Positions 27,404 through 38,227 of a DNA stretch of 64,000 bases are shown in pieces. The stretch is from positions 224,001-288,000 of the forward strand of contig CAWCXJ010000013.1 in assembly GCA_963799485.1 (NCBI GenBank). Reading direction: 5' to 3'. The notes under the pieces are model-generated. The model saw only the letters and a list, made by a program, of their open reading frames with translations. It did not search any database and was not told the origin of the DNA. Positions within the stretch are counted from its first letter, which is position 1. Each line of letters opens with the position of its first letter. The position numbers and the translations under genes were made by a program. The DNA comes from an uncultured Trueperaceae bacterium. Lineage in GTDB: Bacteria > Deinococcota > Deinococci > Deinococcales > Trueperaceae.

Positions 27404-29368
27404 TTACGGCCTGACTCTGAAAAATGTCACCTTACCGTCTACTGCCACCTTTACTTCGGTAACGTTGCTACCTACTTGCGTTACGTCGGCACTTACCGAA
27501 GGCCGGTAGCGGTTTACATTTACAGCCGCGCCGAACTCGAGCGTAACCACTGCCCTGGTATCAGGGATAAGAGTACGGCTGTTACGTTCATAAAGGGAGT
27601 TTTTGAGCCAGACGGCGACGTCGTAACTTCCGTCTTTACGAGCAATCGGGAGCATGACGGCGTTTTGCGGTAGCCCTGTAACCTCAAAAGGTAGCGCGTT
27701 CGGCGCGGCACCTGCGCCCGCGTCGCGCAAGTATCCCTGAAGCCGCGCGACAGCTTCAAAAGCGGGTTTTTTACGGAGCGTCCAGGTCGCCGGCGAGGCG
27801 TTGGGGTTTCCCTCGACGGCGACGAGGCCGAACCACTCCTCCATATCGGTGCGCTCGGGGTTGTTGGGTTTTTGGTCGAAAAGCTGGTACACGTAGTTTT
27901 GGTCGACACCCTGCACAAAATTCCAAAGAAGTGTGCGAACAAGGTAGTGAGCTGCAATATCTTCAGGCACACCGCGAAATCCGGATGAGGTGTTGACCGC
28001 GTTGTGATAACCGAGTTCGGTCGCTACAACCTGCCCCGACCCCGCGCGTTTTTTGGCTTCGGCAACAGCTTTTGCCATATCGTCGGTTTCCGGCATGGTG
28101 CCGCCGGTATACGGATGAATATTTGCAGCGTCGGCTCCTTTGGTAAACAGCCGCGGGCCGTTTGCAGTGCCGAACGAAGGGCCGACAACGCGGACGCCCC
28201 TAAAGTACGGATCATTTTTAAGCGCGCCGTAGTACTCGTTGTAAAAGTCACTAAGTTCGCCTACCCAGTTACCGGTTGGCGAAAACAAGTCCCATTCGTT
28301 AGGCAGTTCGATCTGATCATAAAGTCCGGCGTAGGTTGTTTTAAGCGACCTGATCAAGTTGTTGCTGTCGCCAATACCGAAGTTGCCATAAGAACCCGCC
28401 GGATCGCCGATACCGACGCTGACGTTAAAACCGGCAGCTTTTAGGTCGCGCAGAAATCCCGGGTGCCAGGCACGCGGATTTTGATGAACACCTTCTCTGA
28501 CCCACGTCGGCCCCAACGCCCTGAGATAGGTGATGATCCGGTTGACGTCGTAGTAAGCGGTGTCGTCGTAGGTACTGTGAATATTGATCCCGACGGAGTT
28601 GCGTAGTGCTTGAGCTGAAAACGCAGCTGGTGTAGGGTTCACATCTCGTGAAGCCGGACTTGGTACCGGATTTGGTACAGGCGTAGCGGGCGTTTCAGGA
28701 ACCTCCGGCGCTACCGGAGCTGAAACCGGCTCGGCAGGTAAAACCGCGCCCGTTGGAACGAACTTGGCGTCGTTCGTCAGGGCGAGCGCGTCGAACCGGG
28801 TGCCGTCTTCACGCATCCAAACGTTTAGGGTGTAGGTACCCGGCGCCGGAATGTTGAGGGTTGCGACGCGCCGGGCCATCGTCTTATTGACCCAGCTGTA
28901 GTCTTGGGTGAAGCCGGTGATACGGCTCGAGCTTTTGATCAGCTTCCCGTTGAGACCTAAGTGCAGCGAGTCGCCGTTAAGCGCAGCCTGCGCCGCCGCT
29001 TGACCGTGAACCCAAACGTAGTACGTGCCGGCTTTGACGAACTCGACTTGATAGTCGAGGCGCGGGCTCGTCGCTTCGACGCGTCGGTCGAATGTGGCGT
29101 TAAGGTCGCGCAGAGCCGCCATCGCCGTACCGTCAACCGCCTCGGCGTCACGCTGAAGCTGCCAGCTGTGTCGGCCTCTGGGTAAGTTGACCTGAAACGC
29201 TGTGGCGTCAACGACAAGTAGACCCTGCGCGTTCTGAACAGCGGGAGCCGCCAGGCTCGTCAACTCGGCGGGAGTAAGCCGTTCGGGGGTGCTACTACAA
29301 CCACTAAGAAAAGCGAAGAGAAGTCCAAAAAACATAAAGGTGCGCCGCAGCGCTGCAGGATACATCAT
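27404..29368 (-). CDS. Lipoprotein with CBM-like domain, Pro-rich linker and clan GH-A glycoside hydrolase
   Basis: Lipobox FLSGC, GTYYVWVHG/WMREDG beta-sandwich, PEVPETPATPVPNPVP linker, acid/base IELPNEWD and nucleophile VVATELGY. Start ATG 29368 follows GGAGG. Confidence 0.75.
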   Translation of the reverse strand: MMYPAALRRTFMFFGLLFAFLSGCSSTPERLTPAELTSLAAPAVQNAQGLLVVDATAFQVNLPRGRHSWQLQRDAEAVDGTAMAALRDLNATFDRRVEATSPRLDYQVEFVKAGTYYVWVHGQAAAQAALNGDSLHLGLNGKLIKSSSRITGFTQDYSWVNKTMARRVATLNIPAPGTYTLNVWMREDGTRFDALALTNDAKFVPTGAVLPAEPVSAPVAPEVPETPATPVPNPVPSPASRDVNPTPAAFSAQALRNSVGINIHSTYDDTAYYDVNRIITYLRALGPTWVREGVHQNPRAWHPGFLRDLKAAGFNVSVGIGDPAGSYGNFGIGDSNNLIRSLKTTYAGLYDQIELPNEWDLFSPTGNWVGELSDFYNEYYGALKNDPYFRGVRVVGPSFGTANGPRLFTKGADAANIHPYTGGTMPETDDMAKAVAEAKKRAGSGQVVATELGYHNAVNTSSGFRGVPEDIAAHYLVRTLLWNFVQGVDQNYVYQLFDQKPNNPERTDMEEWFGLVAVEGNPNASPATWTLRKKPAFEAVARLQGYLRDAGAGAAPNALPFEVTGLPQNAVMLPIARKDGSYDVAVWLKNSLYERNSRTLIPDTRAVVTLEFGAAVNVNRYRPSVSADVTQVGSNVTEVKVAVDGKVTFFRVRP

Positions 29369-29785
29369 AGACGGTCCTCCAAAGAGTTGCCAGGGCGAGC
29401 CCCTGAGGGTTAGCCGCACAAGAAACTGAGATGCAGGAGGGTAGACCTACGCTGTCATCCTTGGCCGATTGCGCTACTGGCTCAGCCGACTCCAAGCGCC
29501 CAAATACGGAGTCGGTTTCAGCGCCGCTAAGGTGCAGACCTTAGTTGGCTTAACGCTACCGCGACCCCGGGTATATGGTTGTAAAGATTTTTACGTCGCT
29601 TCGCTGTTCTTGAAAAGTCGGTGGAGCCGCCAGAAACTGCGCTGCTGTTGAGGTCGTAAACGCACGAAGCAACGTAAAAAACCCAGCTGGAGTGTAAACA
29701 AGCTCAACCTACACTCTACTGTTACGTACACACTTTACTGACGGACGGCTCGAGCCTTGGTCGTTCGCGGCTATGAAGGTTCGTA

Positions 29786-30766
29786 ATGATGGTTGAGACA
29801 GGGGCTGCTATAATTGTAAAAGTTATGTATAAACGCACCACCACCACTTTTAGTACCCTGGGGTTCCGTGTGCGCAGGAAACTGCATGATGTGTGGACAA
29901 AGGCTACAGTTAGAGACTTTGCCTATAAAGTCAGACAACGGATGCAGTTCGATAGAAATCCCGTCTTTATTACGCTCCAAGACAAGCACGCGGTCAAAGC
30001 TTACGCACAGGCGCGCCAGGTCAAGACCGCTGAAGTTTTTTTCGTTACTGATGACCCCACGACAATTCCCTTTGACAAACTACCTGACACCTGTTTTATC
30101 AAGGCCAATCATGGGTGGAACTGGAACATCTTGCGGCGTGACGGAGCTTTCTTCTTGTTTGAAGACGGGCGCGACGTACTGGGAAGTGACGGTTCAGTTT
30201 CGCACGCCGCAGCAATCAAAAGAGAGATATCTCAAGAGGCGTGCACTGCGCTGTGCTGCACCTGGCTACAGACCAGACATAACTCGGCAGAGTGGGTTTA
30301 CCAGGAGATAACGCCTAAAATCATCGTTGAGGAAGTGTTAGAGGCCACCGAGCCCGGTGAAATGCCCGACTACCGCCTGTTTACCTTCGGCGGCGTGGTC
30401 AAGGCCATCGACTTTGATACGCCGTCTCACCGCAAAGATGAACTGTCGTGCTACTTCGATACGAGCTGGCGAGAAATCCCTTTGACGCCCGGCGAGCGAC
30501 CCGCCCGGCTCCCGCCAAGGCCGGATAACCTCTCGGAAATGCTCGCGATTGCCGAGCGTTTGGGGGCCGGGTTGGATTTTGTCAGAGTTGACCTTTACAA
30601 TACGACAAAGGGTATCTATCTTGGCGAGATGACGTTATATCCCGACAGTGGCAATATCGATACGCCGACTAAATCGCGGGGGTTTAATACCTGGTTGGGA
30701 AATCAGTGGGAACTCGATAAACGGCACTTTGTCGCTGCAAAGCGGCGAGTTCAGAAAATGGTTTAG
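29786..30766 (+). CDS. TupA-like ATP-grasp protein
   Basis: DKHAVKAY, FDKLPDTCFIKANHG, PKIIVEE, DYRLFTFGG and FVRVDLY...GEMTLYP motifs. The start may be ATG 29825. Confidence 0.85.
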   Translation: MMVETGAAIIVKVMYKRTTTTFSTLGFRVRRKLHDVWTKATVRDFAYKVRQRMQFDRNPVFITLQDKHAVKAYAQARQVKTAEVFFVTDDPTTIPFDKLPDTCFIKANHGWNWNILRRDGAFFLFEDGRDVLGSDGSVSHAAAIKREISQEACTALCCTWLQTRHNSAEWVYQEITPKIIVEEVLEATEPGEMPDYRLFTFGGVVKAIDFDTPSHRKDELSCYFDTSWREIPLTPGERPARLPPRPDNLSEMLAIAERLGAGLDFVRVDLYNTTKGIYLGEMTLYPDSGNIDTPTKSRGFNTWLGNQWELDKRHFVAAKRRVQKMV

Positions 30767-31052
30767 AAAATACCTGTCAAAATACCTGCCGTACTACAAT
30801 CCGTCTCGTCGGCGTCGTAATGGTGGGACAGCGACTTATGTGGCTGCGCGTAACCCTTAAGGTCTTTACCCTTTTTACAACCACTTGAATCACAATACCG
30901 GGAAATAAAGTTTTCACAAGCAGAAGTATTGTGAAATAATGTACCTACTCCGTAACTGCTCGGCAACAGCTGCCCCAGGGCGAGTCATGTCGTAAAAACT
31001 ACAAAATTTTGCGTAACGCCCGCGTTAAACTCTGACAGAAAGCGAGGCAACT

Positions 31053-31469
31053 ATGGCACTCACACGTAAAGGCAGCGCCGAATGGAACGGCGATCTCAAA
31101 ACCGGTAAAGGCACGGTTACAGTACAAAGCGGTACCTTCGACGCGCAGTATTCTTATAAGTCGCGTTTTGAAGAAGGAACCGGGACCAACCCTGAAGAGC
31201 TTATCGGCGCAGCCCACGCAGGCTGCTACTCGATGGCCCTGTCAAATATGCTCGCCGAAGCGGGCCACACCGCCGACAGCGTAAAAACGGTAGCGAACGT
31301 AAAGATGGACGGGCTTACGATCACCGAAGTTCTGCTCCAGACCGAAGGCAAGGTTCCCGGCCTGAGCGCCGAGGAGTTTCAGCGCTACGCCGAAGACGCC
31401 AAAAAGAACTGCCCGGTATCAAAGGCGCTGGCGGCTCTAGCGATTGAGCTCGAGGCCAAACTCGTCTAG
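31053..31469 (+). CDS. osmC: OsmC peroxiredoxin
   Basis: WNGDLKTGKG, SRFEEGTGTNPEELIGAAHAGCYSMAL and AKKNCPVSKAL motifs. Confidence 0.95.
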   Translation: MALTRKGSAEWNGDLKTGKGTVTVQSGTFDAQYSYKSRFEEGTGTNPEELIGAAHAGCYSMALSNMLAEAGHTADSVKTVANVKMDGLTITEVLLQTEGKVPGLSAEEFQRYAEDAKKNCPVSKALAALAIELEAKLV

Positions 31470-31486
31470 TTCAGCCTAACTCCTGC

Positions 31487-31517
31487 GCCTCACCTGAAAA
31501 CCGGGTGAGGCTTTTTT
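31487..31517 (+). terminator. Intrinsic terminator after osmC
   Basis: GCCTCACCTG / CGGGTGAGGC stem followed by a T6 tail. Confidence 0.85.
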
Positions 31518-31565
31518 GTGAAGTATTTGCGCGGTTTTTGTGTCGGGTTATTGTAAGGTGTCACC

Positions 31566-31865
31566 GTGACCCCAGAAGATGCGGTAATCTTGCGCAACGC
31601 CGCTTTGTCGACCTACGTATTGCCGGGCCTTATCTTGGCCCTGTGTGTGTTCGGCGGCGCTGCTGTTTCTTTCGGTGCCGGACGTAAACGGGCTACGGCA
31701 GTTATACCGGGCGTTTTTTTCGCGGTCTCGGGGCTTTATCTGGGCGACGGTTACACCGCTGTTCCGCTCATGTTCTTTGGGTCGGCGGTCGTTTGTGGTT
31801 TGTTTGTAGCCAGACGTTTCCCGGCTCGAGCCCGGCATGCGCCCAGGGTCCGGCAGCTCGAGTAG
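31566..31865 (+). CDS. Small membrane protein
   Basis: 99 aa with about 3 TM. TAAGGT -10 box 6 nt before the GTG. Confidence 0.6.
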   Translation: MTPEDAVILRNAALSTYVLPGLILALCVFGGAAVSFGAGRKRATAVIPGVFFAVSGLYLGDGYTAVPLMFFGSAVVCGLFVARRFPARARHAPRVRQLE

Positions 31866-31922
31866 CAGCGCCGGAAGCTTCAGCCGACGCCCTTTCGGGT
31901 TGCCTCCGGGTAAACTGGATGT

Positions 31923-33161
31923 ATGATTCACCGCCGAGAAACCGTCACCTGTTACGTCGGAGGCGTCCCTGTGGGTTCAGCGCACCCTGTCGTCGTGCAG
32001 TCGATGACCAATACCGACACCGCCGACGCCGAAGCCACCGCGCTGCAGGTCGCGCAGCTCTGCGAGGCCGGGAGCGAGCTTGTCCGCATCACCGTCAACA
32101 ACAAGGCTGCCGCGCAGGCGGTACCCGAAATCAGGGCGAGGCTTAGCGATCAGGGGATAGCCGTACCGCTCGTCGGCGACTTTCATTTTAACGGTCACAT
32201 CTTGCTACGCGAATTTCCCCAAGCTGCCGCCGCGCTCGCCAAATACCGTATCAACCCCGGCAACGTCGGTACCGGCAAACGCCACGACGAAAACTTCGTC
32301 ACGATGGTTGAAGTTGCCAAAGAACACGATAAGCCCGTGCGTATCGGCGTCAACTGGGGTTCACTAGACGCACAGCTACTCACTAAACTGATGGACCTCA
32401 ACGCCGCCTCAGCCGCGCCCAAAGACGCCCGCGACGTGATGATCGAAGCGATGTTGCAGTCTGCGCTGCTCTCCGCCGAACTCGCCGAGGCGCACGGGCT
32501 GGGTCACGACAAGATCATCTTGTCGGCAAAAGTCTCAAACGCCCGCGACCTCTGGGAGGTCTACCGGCTGCTCGCAGCGCGCTGCGATTATCCGCTGCAC
32601 CTGGGTCTGACCGAAGCGGGTATGGGCGTCAAAGGTGTCGTCGCAAGCGCAGCGGGCCTCAGCGTGCTGCTCGCCGAAGGCGTGGGCGATACCATCCGCG
32701 TGTCGCTGACACCTGAACCCGGTGCGCCGCGTACAAAAGAGGTCGAGGCGGCGCAGGAAATTCTAGCCGCGCTCGACCTGCGTAAGTTCTATCCAACCGT
32801 CACCGCCTGTCCCGGGTGCGGGCGCACGACCAGCACGCTCTTTCAGGAGATGGCGCGAGATATTCAGGCGTATCTCAAGGCGCAGATGCCGAGCTGGAAA
32901 GCGCAGTATCCGGGTGTCGAAGGGCTCCGGGTCGCGGTGATGGGCTGCGTGGTCAACGGCCCCGGCGAATCGAAACACGCCGACATCGGCATCTCGCTAC
33001 CGGGAACCGGCGAAGACCCACGCGCCCCGGTCTACCGTGACGGTCGGCTCGTCGGGGTACTGCAAGGCAAAGAGATTGTCGGGGAGTTCAACCGGATGTT
33101 AGACGCGTACGTCAAAACGCGTTACGGCAAGCTCGAGCCCGGTTACGCGGACAGCCCCTGA
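31923..33161 (+). CDS. ispG: 4-hydroxy-3-methylbut-2-enyl diphosphate synthase
   Basis: [48 protein letters not shown] and [10 protein letters not shown] motifs. Confidence 0.97.
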   Translation: MIHRRETVTCYVGGVPVGSAHPVVVQSMTNTDTADAEATALQVAQLCEAGSELVRITVNNKAAAQAVPEIRARLSDQGIAVPLVGDFHFNGHILLREFPQAAAALAKYRINPGNVGTGKRHDENFVTMVEVAKEHDKPVRIGVNWGSLDAQLLTKLMDLNAASAAPKDARDVMIEAMLQSALLSAELAEAHGLGHDKIILSAKVSNARDLWEVYRLLAARCDYPLHLGLTEAGMGVKGVVASAAGLSVLLAEGVGDTIRVSLTPEPGAPRTKEVEAAQEILAALDLRKFYPTVTACPGCGRTTSTLFQEMARDIQAYLKAQMPSWKAQYPGVEGLRVAVMGCVVNGPGESKHADIGISLPGTGEDPRAPVYRDGRLVGVLQGKEIVGEFNRMLDAYVKTRYGKLEPGYADSP

Positions 33162-33410
33162 ACAAATCGTAACCGAGCGGGCAGCTAGCTGCTACTGTTT
33201 CACGTCGGCTCAGCTTGGCCTAAGCCGGGGTGCTGCCGTAAACCAAACGTCTTAACGGCCCGTGTCGCGGCTTTTCACGGTGCTTTTTGCGGTGGGTTTT
33301 ATGATGGATTTTACGGCAGCATTTGCCGAGGCAAGCCAAACCGTGAGATGAGCCGTTGTCCGGGGCACGGCTGACGTGAAACTATGGCTTTAATGAGAGT
33401 TGGAGGTTTA

Positions 33411-34301
33411 GTGACGGATACCAGGGAACTGACGCGGGTATGGACGGCGGCGGACGCGGTAGCCTACTGTACGCAGCTGACCCGCGCACACTCGAGCACC
33501 TTTTACCTGGGTTCCCGTCTTTTTCCGCCGACCGAGCGTCAGGCGGTCGCGGTCGTCTACGCCGTCTGCCGGAGTGGGGATGACGCCGTTGACGAAGCCC
33601 CTTCGAGCGACGCCGCGCAGACGCGCCTGCTGGTCTGGCAAGAACACGTCGAACGCGCCTACGCCGGAACGCCGCGTTCAGGGGCATTTCTAGAAGTCGG
33701 GTTGTCCTGGGTTTTGGAGCGTTTCGACGTTCCGAAAAGCGCTTTCGACGAGCTTTATTTGGGGCTCGAGTCCGATTTGACCGAGCAGTGTTTTGAAACC
33801 ATGGGCGACCTGATGGTCTACTGCCGCCGGGTCGCCGGGGTCGTCGGCCTGCTCGTTGCGCCCGTAGCGGGCTACCGGGGCGGCGACGCCACCTTGCAGA
33901 GTGCGCTGGCGCTCGGTGAGGCGATGCAGCTGACCAATATTCTCCGCGACGTCGGTGAAGACCTGCGGATGGGCCGCTGCTACTTACCGAACGAACTGCT
34001 TGGCAAACACGGAGTGTCACGCTCGGCGCTCGAGGCCGGGCAGGTCACACCCGGCTACATCGCGCTGCTAGAAGAGCTGTCCGAGCACGCGTCGGCGCTT
34101 TACCGGCAGGGGTGGGCGGGTATCCCGAAACTCAACGGCGTCGCCGCCACAGCGGTCGGGGTCGCCGCCCTCAACTACGAGGGCATCTTGCAAAAATTAC
34201 GGCAAAACGGTTTCGATAATCTGACACGGCGGGCGTATCTGCGCCCGGTCGAGCGTTTGGTGCTCATCCCCAAAGCTTTTTACGGTGTTTACGGCTTCTA
34301 A
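33411..34301 (+). CDS. crtB: Phytoene synthase
   Basis: STFYLGS, CRSGDDAVDE, YCRRVAGVVG and MQLTNILRDVGED...GRCYLP motifs. GTG 33411 follows GGAGG. Confidence 0.93.
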   Translation: MTDTRELTRVWTAADAVAYCTQLTRAHSSTFYLGSRLFPPTERQAVAVVYAVCRSGDDAVDEAPSSDAAQTRLLVWQEHVERAYAGTPRSGAFLEVGLSWVLERFDVPKSAFDELYLGLESDLTEQCFETMGDLMVYCRRVAGVVGLLVAPVAGYRGGDATLQSALALGEAMQLTNILRDVGEDLRMGRCYLPNELLGKHGVSRSALEAGQVTPGYIALLEELSEHASALYRQGWAGIPKLNGVAATAVGVAALNYEGILQKLRQNGFDNLTRRAYLRPVERLVLIPKAFYGVYGF

Positions 34302-34309
34302 GCTGCTCG

Positions 34310-34621
34310 CTACGATTTGCACCGAAAGCCGTTGCCGTAAACGATGATTTCAACGCCTCCCTCGACAACTTTCGGGCTTACAATTCTGACGCCCAACACG
34401 CCGTCGTAGCCTCGTTCGGTAGCTTTTCGCTCGAGCTTCGCCAAGGCGCGCGCCAACGTCTTATCGATCAGCACCTCGTAGTGTTTCATTTCACCGCCGA
34501 CCAGATTACGGACGTTTTCGCGGATGTCTTTGACGACGTTCGCCGCGCTTACGCTACAAACGGTCAACAGCTCGCCGAGTTCGACAGCTTGTGGGAGTGT
34601 TTCTGAGGTGTAGAGCATCAA
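34310..34621 (-). CDS. YbjQ/UPF0145 family protein
   Basis: [28 protein letters not shown] and YGNG motifs. Confidence 0.85.
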   Translation of the reverse strand: MMLYTSETLPQAVELGELLTVCSVSAANVVKDIRENVRNLVGGEMKHYEVLIDKTLARALAKLERKATERGYDGVLGVRIVSPKVVEGGVEIIVYGNGFRCKS

Positions 34622-36456
34622 ATACGTCTGCGTTTCCGGCGTCTTGTCAGCCGGCGAAACACGTTTACTGCAAAAAATGCAGCGCCCACTACCACCAGAG
34701 CCACAACCAACCCCGCCAAGAGCAAACTACCCAGGCTGTATTTGGCAAGGAGCAAGCTGCCGCTGACGGTACCGGACGAAACTGTCGTCACGTCTTCACC
34801 CAGACCTTGAATAAGGTCGGCGCCAAGTATGCCGAAACTCGGTTCGTTACCGAGAAACGTAACTGCTGTCAAAGGTTCGCGGCTGTTTGCAACCGCGTTT
34901 CTGATAGCTTGCGGTTCGAACTTTGCGAGCCGCGAGGGGCGCTCGAGCAGTCTCACAACGAGCGCGTTAAAGGGTTCTTGGTCTAGCGTACTTGCATACC
35001 AGGCAACGGTCTCGAGCTGCCCCGGATTAAACTCGTTTGTAAGTGCGTTTAGATTGACCCTGGAAAGTTTTAGTAGCGTGTTCATAGCGTCTTTGGGCAG
35101 CGCCGATACTTTAGCAGCTGTTACGATGTTGTCCGTATCCAACAGGCGGTTTAGCGTTTGCTCTGAAAAATCGTCCGGGTTTTTTGAGCGGTAAACTTCG
35201 GTGCTGACAACTTCGTCCAAACGGGTTCCGGCGAGGTCGGCCCAGGCTAGAACAGTCGTGATAGACGGTGAGGTCGTAAGAATCTCGAGCGCCGCGTCCG
35301 GCAATTCTACAACCCGCCTCAGCTCGCCTTTTTGGGCAGCCTCGAGTACCGTGCTTTCGGGAACGGTCTGCACGACCTCGGCAAGTTTGTAGAGGTCGAT
35401 TTCGGGAACCCGCTCGAGTTCTCGCCGGAACGCCGCGTTACGGCTGGCTAAGCCCAAGATCAGCGCGAAGTTCTGGGTAAAGCTCTGCCACTGCGTAAAG
35501 ATTTCGCCGGCGATACCCGCCGAAAGTTCCGCGCTGACCGTGGGCGTGTCTTCACGCAGCGAGGTAGCAATCTCCTCTTGAATCTGCCTTTGGGTCTCCG
35601 CACCGGAAAGCTGACGGCGAATGGCTGGAAACGGCCCACGAACGGTGCTGTCGATTACGTCAAAAACGATGAGACCGCCACCGACGACCCAACCGACGAC
35701 CGGAATCACCGATGAGCCTGCCCGCCCCAAAATACGGGTGGCGATGTTGCCGGCGACGCGGCGCGAGACTTGGGTGCTGAGCCGCCGCGCCACCGCTCTG
35801 GCAACGTAGCCGCCTGCGATTGAGGCGACCCCGACGCCGCTCCTTAAGCCCAGCGTGTCCGGCTGAAAGTTTCCTGTCAGCGCTTCGGTACCTACTTTTT
35901 CAACCTGTGCTTGAATTTCTTGCTTGTAGGTCGTTGCTACGGCGCTTCCGTAGGTGTTGCCGAGATAAGTTTGAAGACACGCTGCCGAGGCCGACGCACT
36001 GCGCGCCGCAACCGACGTAAAACTTTGTGTGAAGTCGTCGGCGACTTCGCCGGCGAGCGTCTCGAGACGGGTGCGAAGCGCCTCGGACGTAAACGCTCTT
36101 TCGGCAATCTGTTCGGCGAGTTCGGTCGCCTGGGCCGGGGAGAAGCTCGCGGTAAGGTTTCTAGTCCAGGCGGTATCCTGACGTACACTCTCTACTGCGC
36201 GGTTGACTTCGGTTTCCAGAAGGTCGGGCAGCCCCAGCTCGAGCCACTTGTTTTCGACCATTCGGGGCAAATCCACCGCACCTAGTTCGGCGTCGAAAAA
36301 TTGCCGGGTTACCTCCCTGAGTTCGCTCCTAAGGTCGTTTTCGTCCAGGTTGAGGCAGCGCTCGAGCGGTGGTGCCGAGTCGGATTGCTGTGCTGATCCG
36401 AGGGTAATGTAGACCAGAATACCCAGCAGCAAAGATATGATGGCGGCTCTATGCAC
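34618..36456 (-). CDS. Hypothetical helical membrane-anchored protein
   Basis: 612 aa with a signal peptide, a central Gly/Ala-rich hydrophobic segment ([18 protein letters not shown]), a C-terminal TM and a basic tail. Coupled to the ybjQ-like gene. Confidence 0.75.
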   Translation of the reverse strand: MHRAAIISLLLGILVYITLGSAQQSDSAPPLERCLNLDENDLRSELREVTRQFFDAELGAVDLPRMVENKWLELGLPDLLETEVNRAVESVRQDTAWTRNLTASFSPAQATELAEQIAERAFTSEALRTRLETLAGEVADDFTQSFTSVAARSASASAACLQTYLGNTYGSAVATTYKQEIQAQVEKVGTEALTGNFQPDTLGLRSGVGVASIAGGYVARAVARRLSTQVSRRVAGNIATRILGRAGSSVIPVVGWVVGGGLIVFDVIDSTVRGPFPAIRRQLSGAETQRQIQEEIATSLREDTPTVSAELSAGIAGEIFTQWQSFTQNFALILGLASRNAAFRRELERVPEIDLYKLAEVVQTVPESTVLEAAQKGELRRVVELPDAALEILTTSPSITTVLAWADLAGTRLDEVVSTEVYRSKNPDDFSEQTLNRLLDTDNIVTAAKVSALPKDAMNTLLKLSRVNLNALTNEFNPGQLETVAWYASTLDQEPFNALVVRLLERPSRLAKFEPQAIRNAVANSREPLTAVTFLGNEPSFGILGADLIQGLGEDVTTVSSGTVSGSLLLAKYSLGSLLLAGLVVALVVVGAAFFAVNVFRRLTRRRKRRRI

Positions 36457-36602
36457 GGGCTCGAGCTTAGCACGGGCTATGTTACTGGAAGATGCGGTAG
36501 CGGCAGTGTAGATGAAGCCGACCCGCTAGGGTTGGCAAAGAATATGGAGCTGCAAGACTTACCATCACCGAGCTCTAAATGCTTGGTCGTCCCTTGCCAG
36601 CT

Positions 36603-36631
36603 AAAAAGGGAGTGCTTTCGTAAGCACTCCC
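36603..36631 (-). terminator. Intrinsic terminator
   Basis: GGGAGTGCTT-4 nt-AAGCACTCCC stem with a U-tail on the minus strand (A5 at 36603-36607). Confidence 0.8.
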
Positions 36632-36656
36632 CTTACTCCGTTTGCTGGAAATGTAT

Positions 36657-38227
36657 CTAGCGTGCGCCGGTAGGCTCGGCGTTACGGTATTCGGAAAAGC
36701 CCGGATGCCGGTCAAACCATTTGGCCCGCGCCGTTTTCCAGACGCCGACGTCGGTGGTGACGTCGAAGCACTCGGGCGCAGCTTCACGCAGCTGTTTAAG
36801 GTAGCTCGCGTTACCGCCGAGGTAGACGACGGTGTTTTTGTTCCCCGACACGCGGCGCGGTCGAGTACGTCGTAGTTGACTTTCGGATCGTCGGAGGGGT
36901 CGATGTAGCCGGCGTACCCGGTAATTAAAAAAACATTGTTTTGAAGGACGAGCTTGCACCCTTTTTTGGGCCCCTGGCTGACCTTGAAGAGCTGATTATG
37001 ACCGGGCCCACCCCGGTTTTTGTAGACTCCGACCTGCGGCTTAAGCGCAATCAGGCTGTCGCGGACGGTAAAGTCGTAATCGACGTCGGCAGTAGCTTTC
37101 TCCTTGCGGCACGACAACCCGGTATACGCCCAGTCGATCAGCACGTCGTCGACCAACCCTTCGCTAAAGCGGTCGTTTTCTACCCCGTCGTCGCCCGCAT
37201 GACGGACATACGAGTCGCGGAAGACCCAGTTGGGGTTGTTGTCCTTAAACGAAATGCCGTCGCCGGCCTGATAGATGGTGAGGTTTTCGACGACCGCGTT
37301 CGGGGTGTTGTAAAAGAGCAGACCGGGGGCGCTGTGAAAGGTGTCCCAGTCGGTGGTGTCGCTCAGGCCGTTGTCGAAATAGCCGCCGTAAAGACAAAAC
37401 GACCCGCCGTTAAGGTTGGTTACGAATGAAGCGCGTAGCTGAGCGCCCCGGGCGTCGATCCGCGCGCCGGAACTTTTGTTGCGGATTACCACGTTGTTCC
37501 GGTAGCTGCCGTCAAGCACAATCTGTTCGCCGCTCCCTCTGTTCAGACACGAAGCGGACGGTACACTGGGCGTGCTAGGCTCCGGCTCCGGGGTAGCGCC
37601 GGGTTTAAGCGTTTTCGGCTCGAAGGCGATCTTGAGTACGGGTGTACGCCCGCTACTTTTATCGCGTGCGTAAGCCGAACGTTTTACGTTACGGTCACCG
37701 GTTACATAAAACGCCAAGGCGTTGCCGCTCTGCCAACCCCCGCGCGATACGACCTCCTGGACAACGCTGCTTAAGTCCCAGGTGCGCGTAGCTAGACCTT
37801 TGCGCCAGGGTTTGGGGTTCCAAGGGGCGACAGCGCTGGTTTTGGCTCTGGTTTTTACGCTGCCGCCAAAAGCAGCAGCGTTGTCCGAGTCTTCCGCCCT
37901 GACCTGCAGCTTGACCGGCGCTGAATCGGCAGCGATAGCGGTAAAGCTGATCGTCGCACTTTTGATCCTGGCCCCTTGTGGAATCTTGACGTCGGTAAAG
38001 CGCAAGGCGACGGTTTGACCTCTTTGCGAAAAATCGAGCGCCTTGCCCCCCTTGTTCAAGCCGGAGCTGCCCTCTTCGGCGTCGTCGGCGTTGCTGGGGA
38101 GTGGAATCCGCAAGCTGGTCGTCGCGGCCTGCGGCTCGAGTTCGGGTAAGTCTTGCTCCAAGCCGCTGCTACACGCCGCGAGCAGTACAAGTGAGCCGAA
38201 TAAAAAGCTTCTAGCGGTCAGTTTCAT
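36657..38227 (-). CDS. Lipoprotein with N-terminal beta-sandwich and pectin-lyase-like beta-helix, frameshifted near 36845
   Basis: Lipobox LLAAC, ADDAEE...LRFTDVKIPQGARIKSA domain, beta-helix repeats (GDGISF, DDGVEND). A natural-looking C-terminus lies in another frame ending at 36657, just before the terminator. Confidence 0.7.

Noticed and set aside
27114..27673. Plus-strand ORFs 27114..27509 and 27284..27673
   Set aside because: They are antisense to the glycoside hydrolase 3' end and have no protein-like features or RBS.
28640..28740. Repeat-like Pro/Ala-rich DNA
   Set aside because: It encodes an ordinary interdomain linker, not a DNA repeat array.
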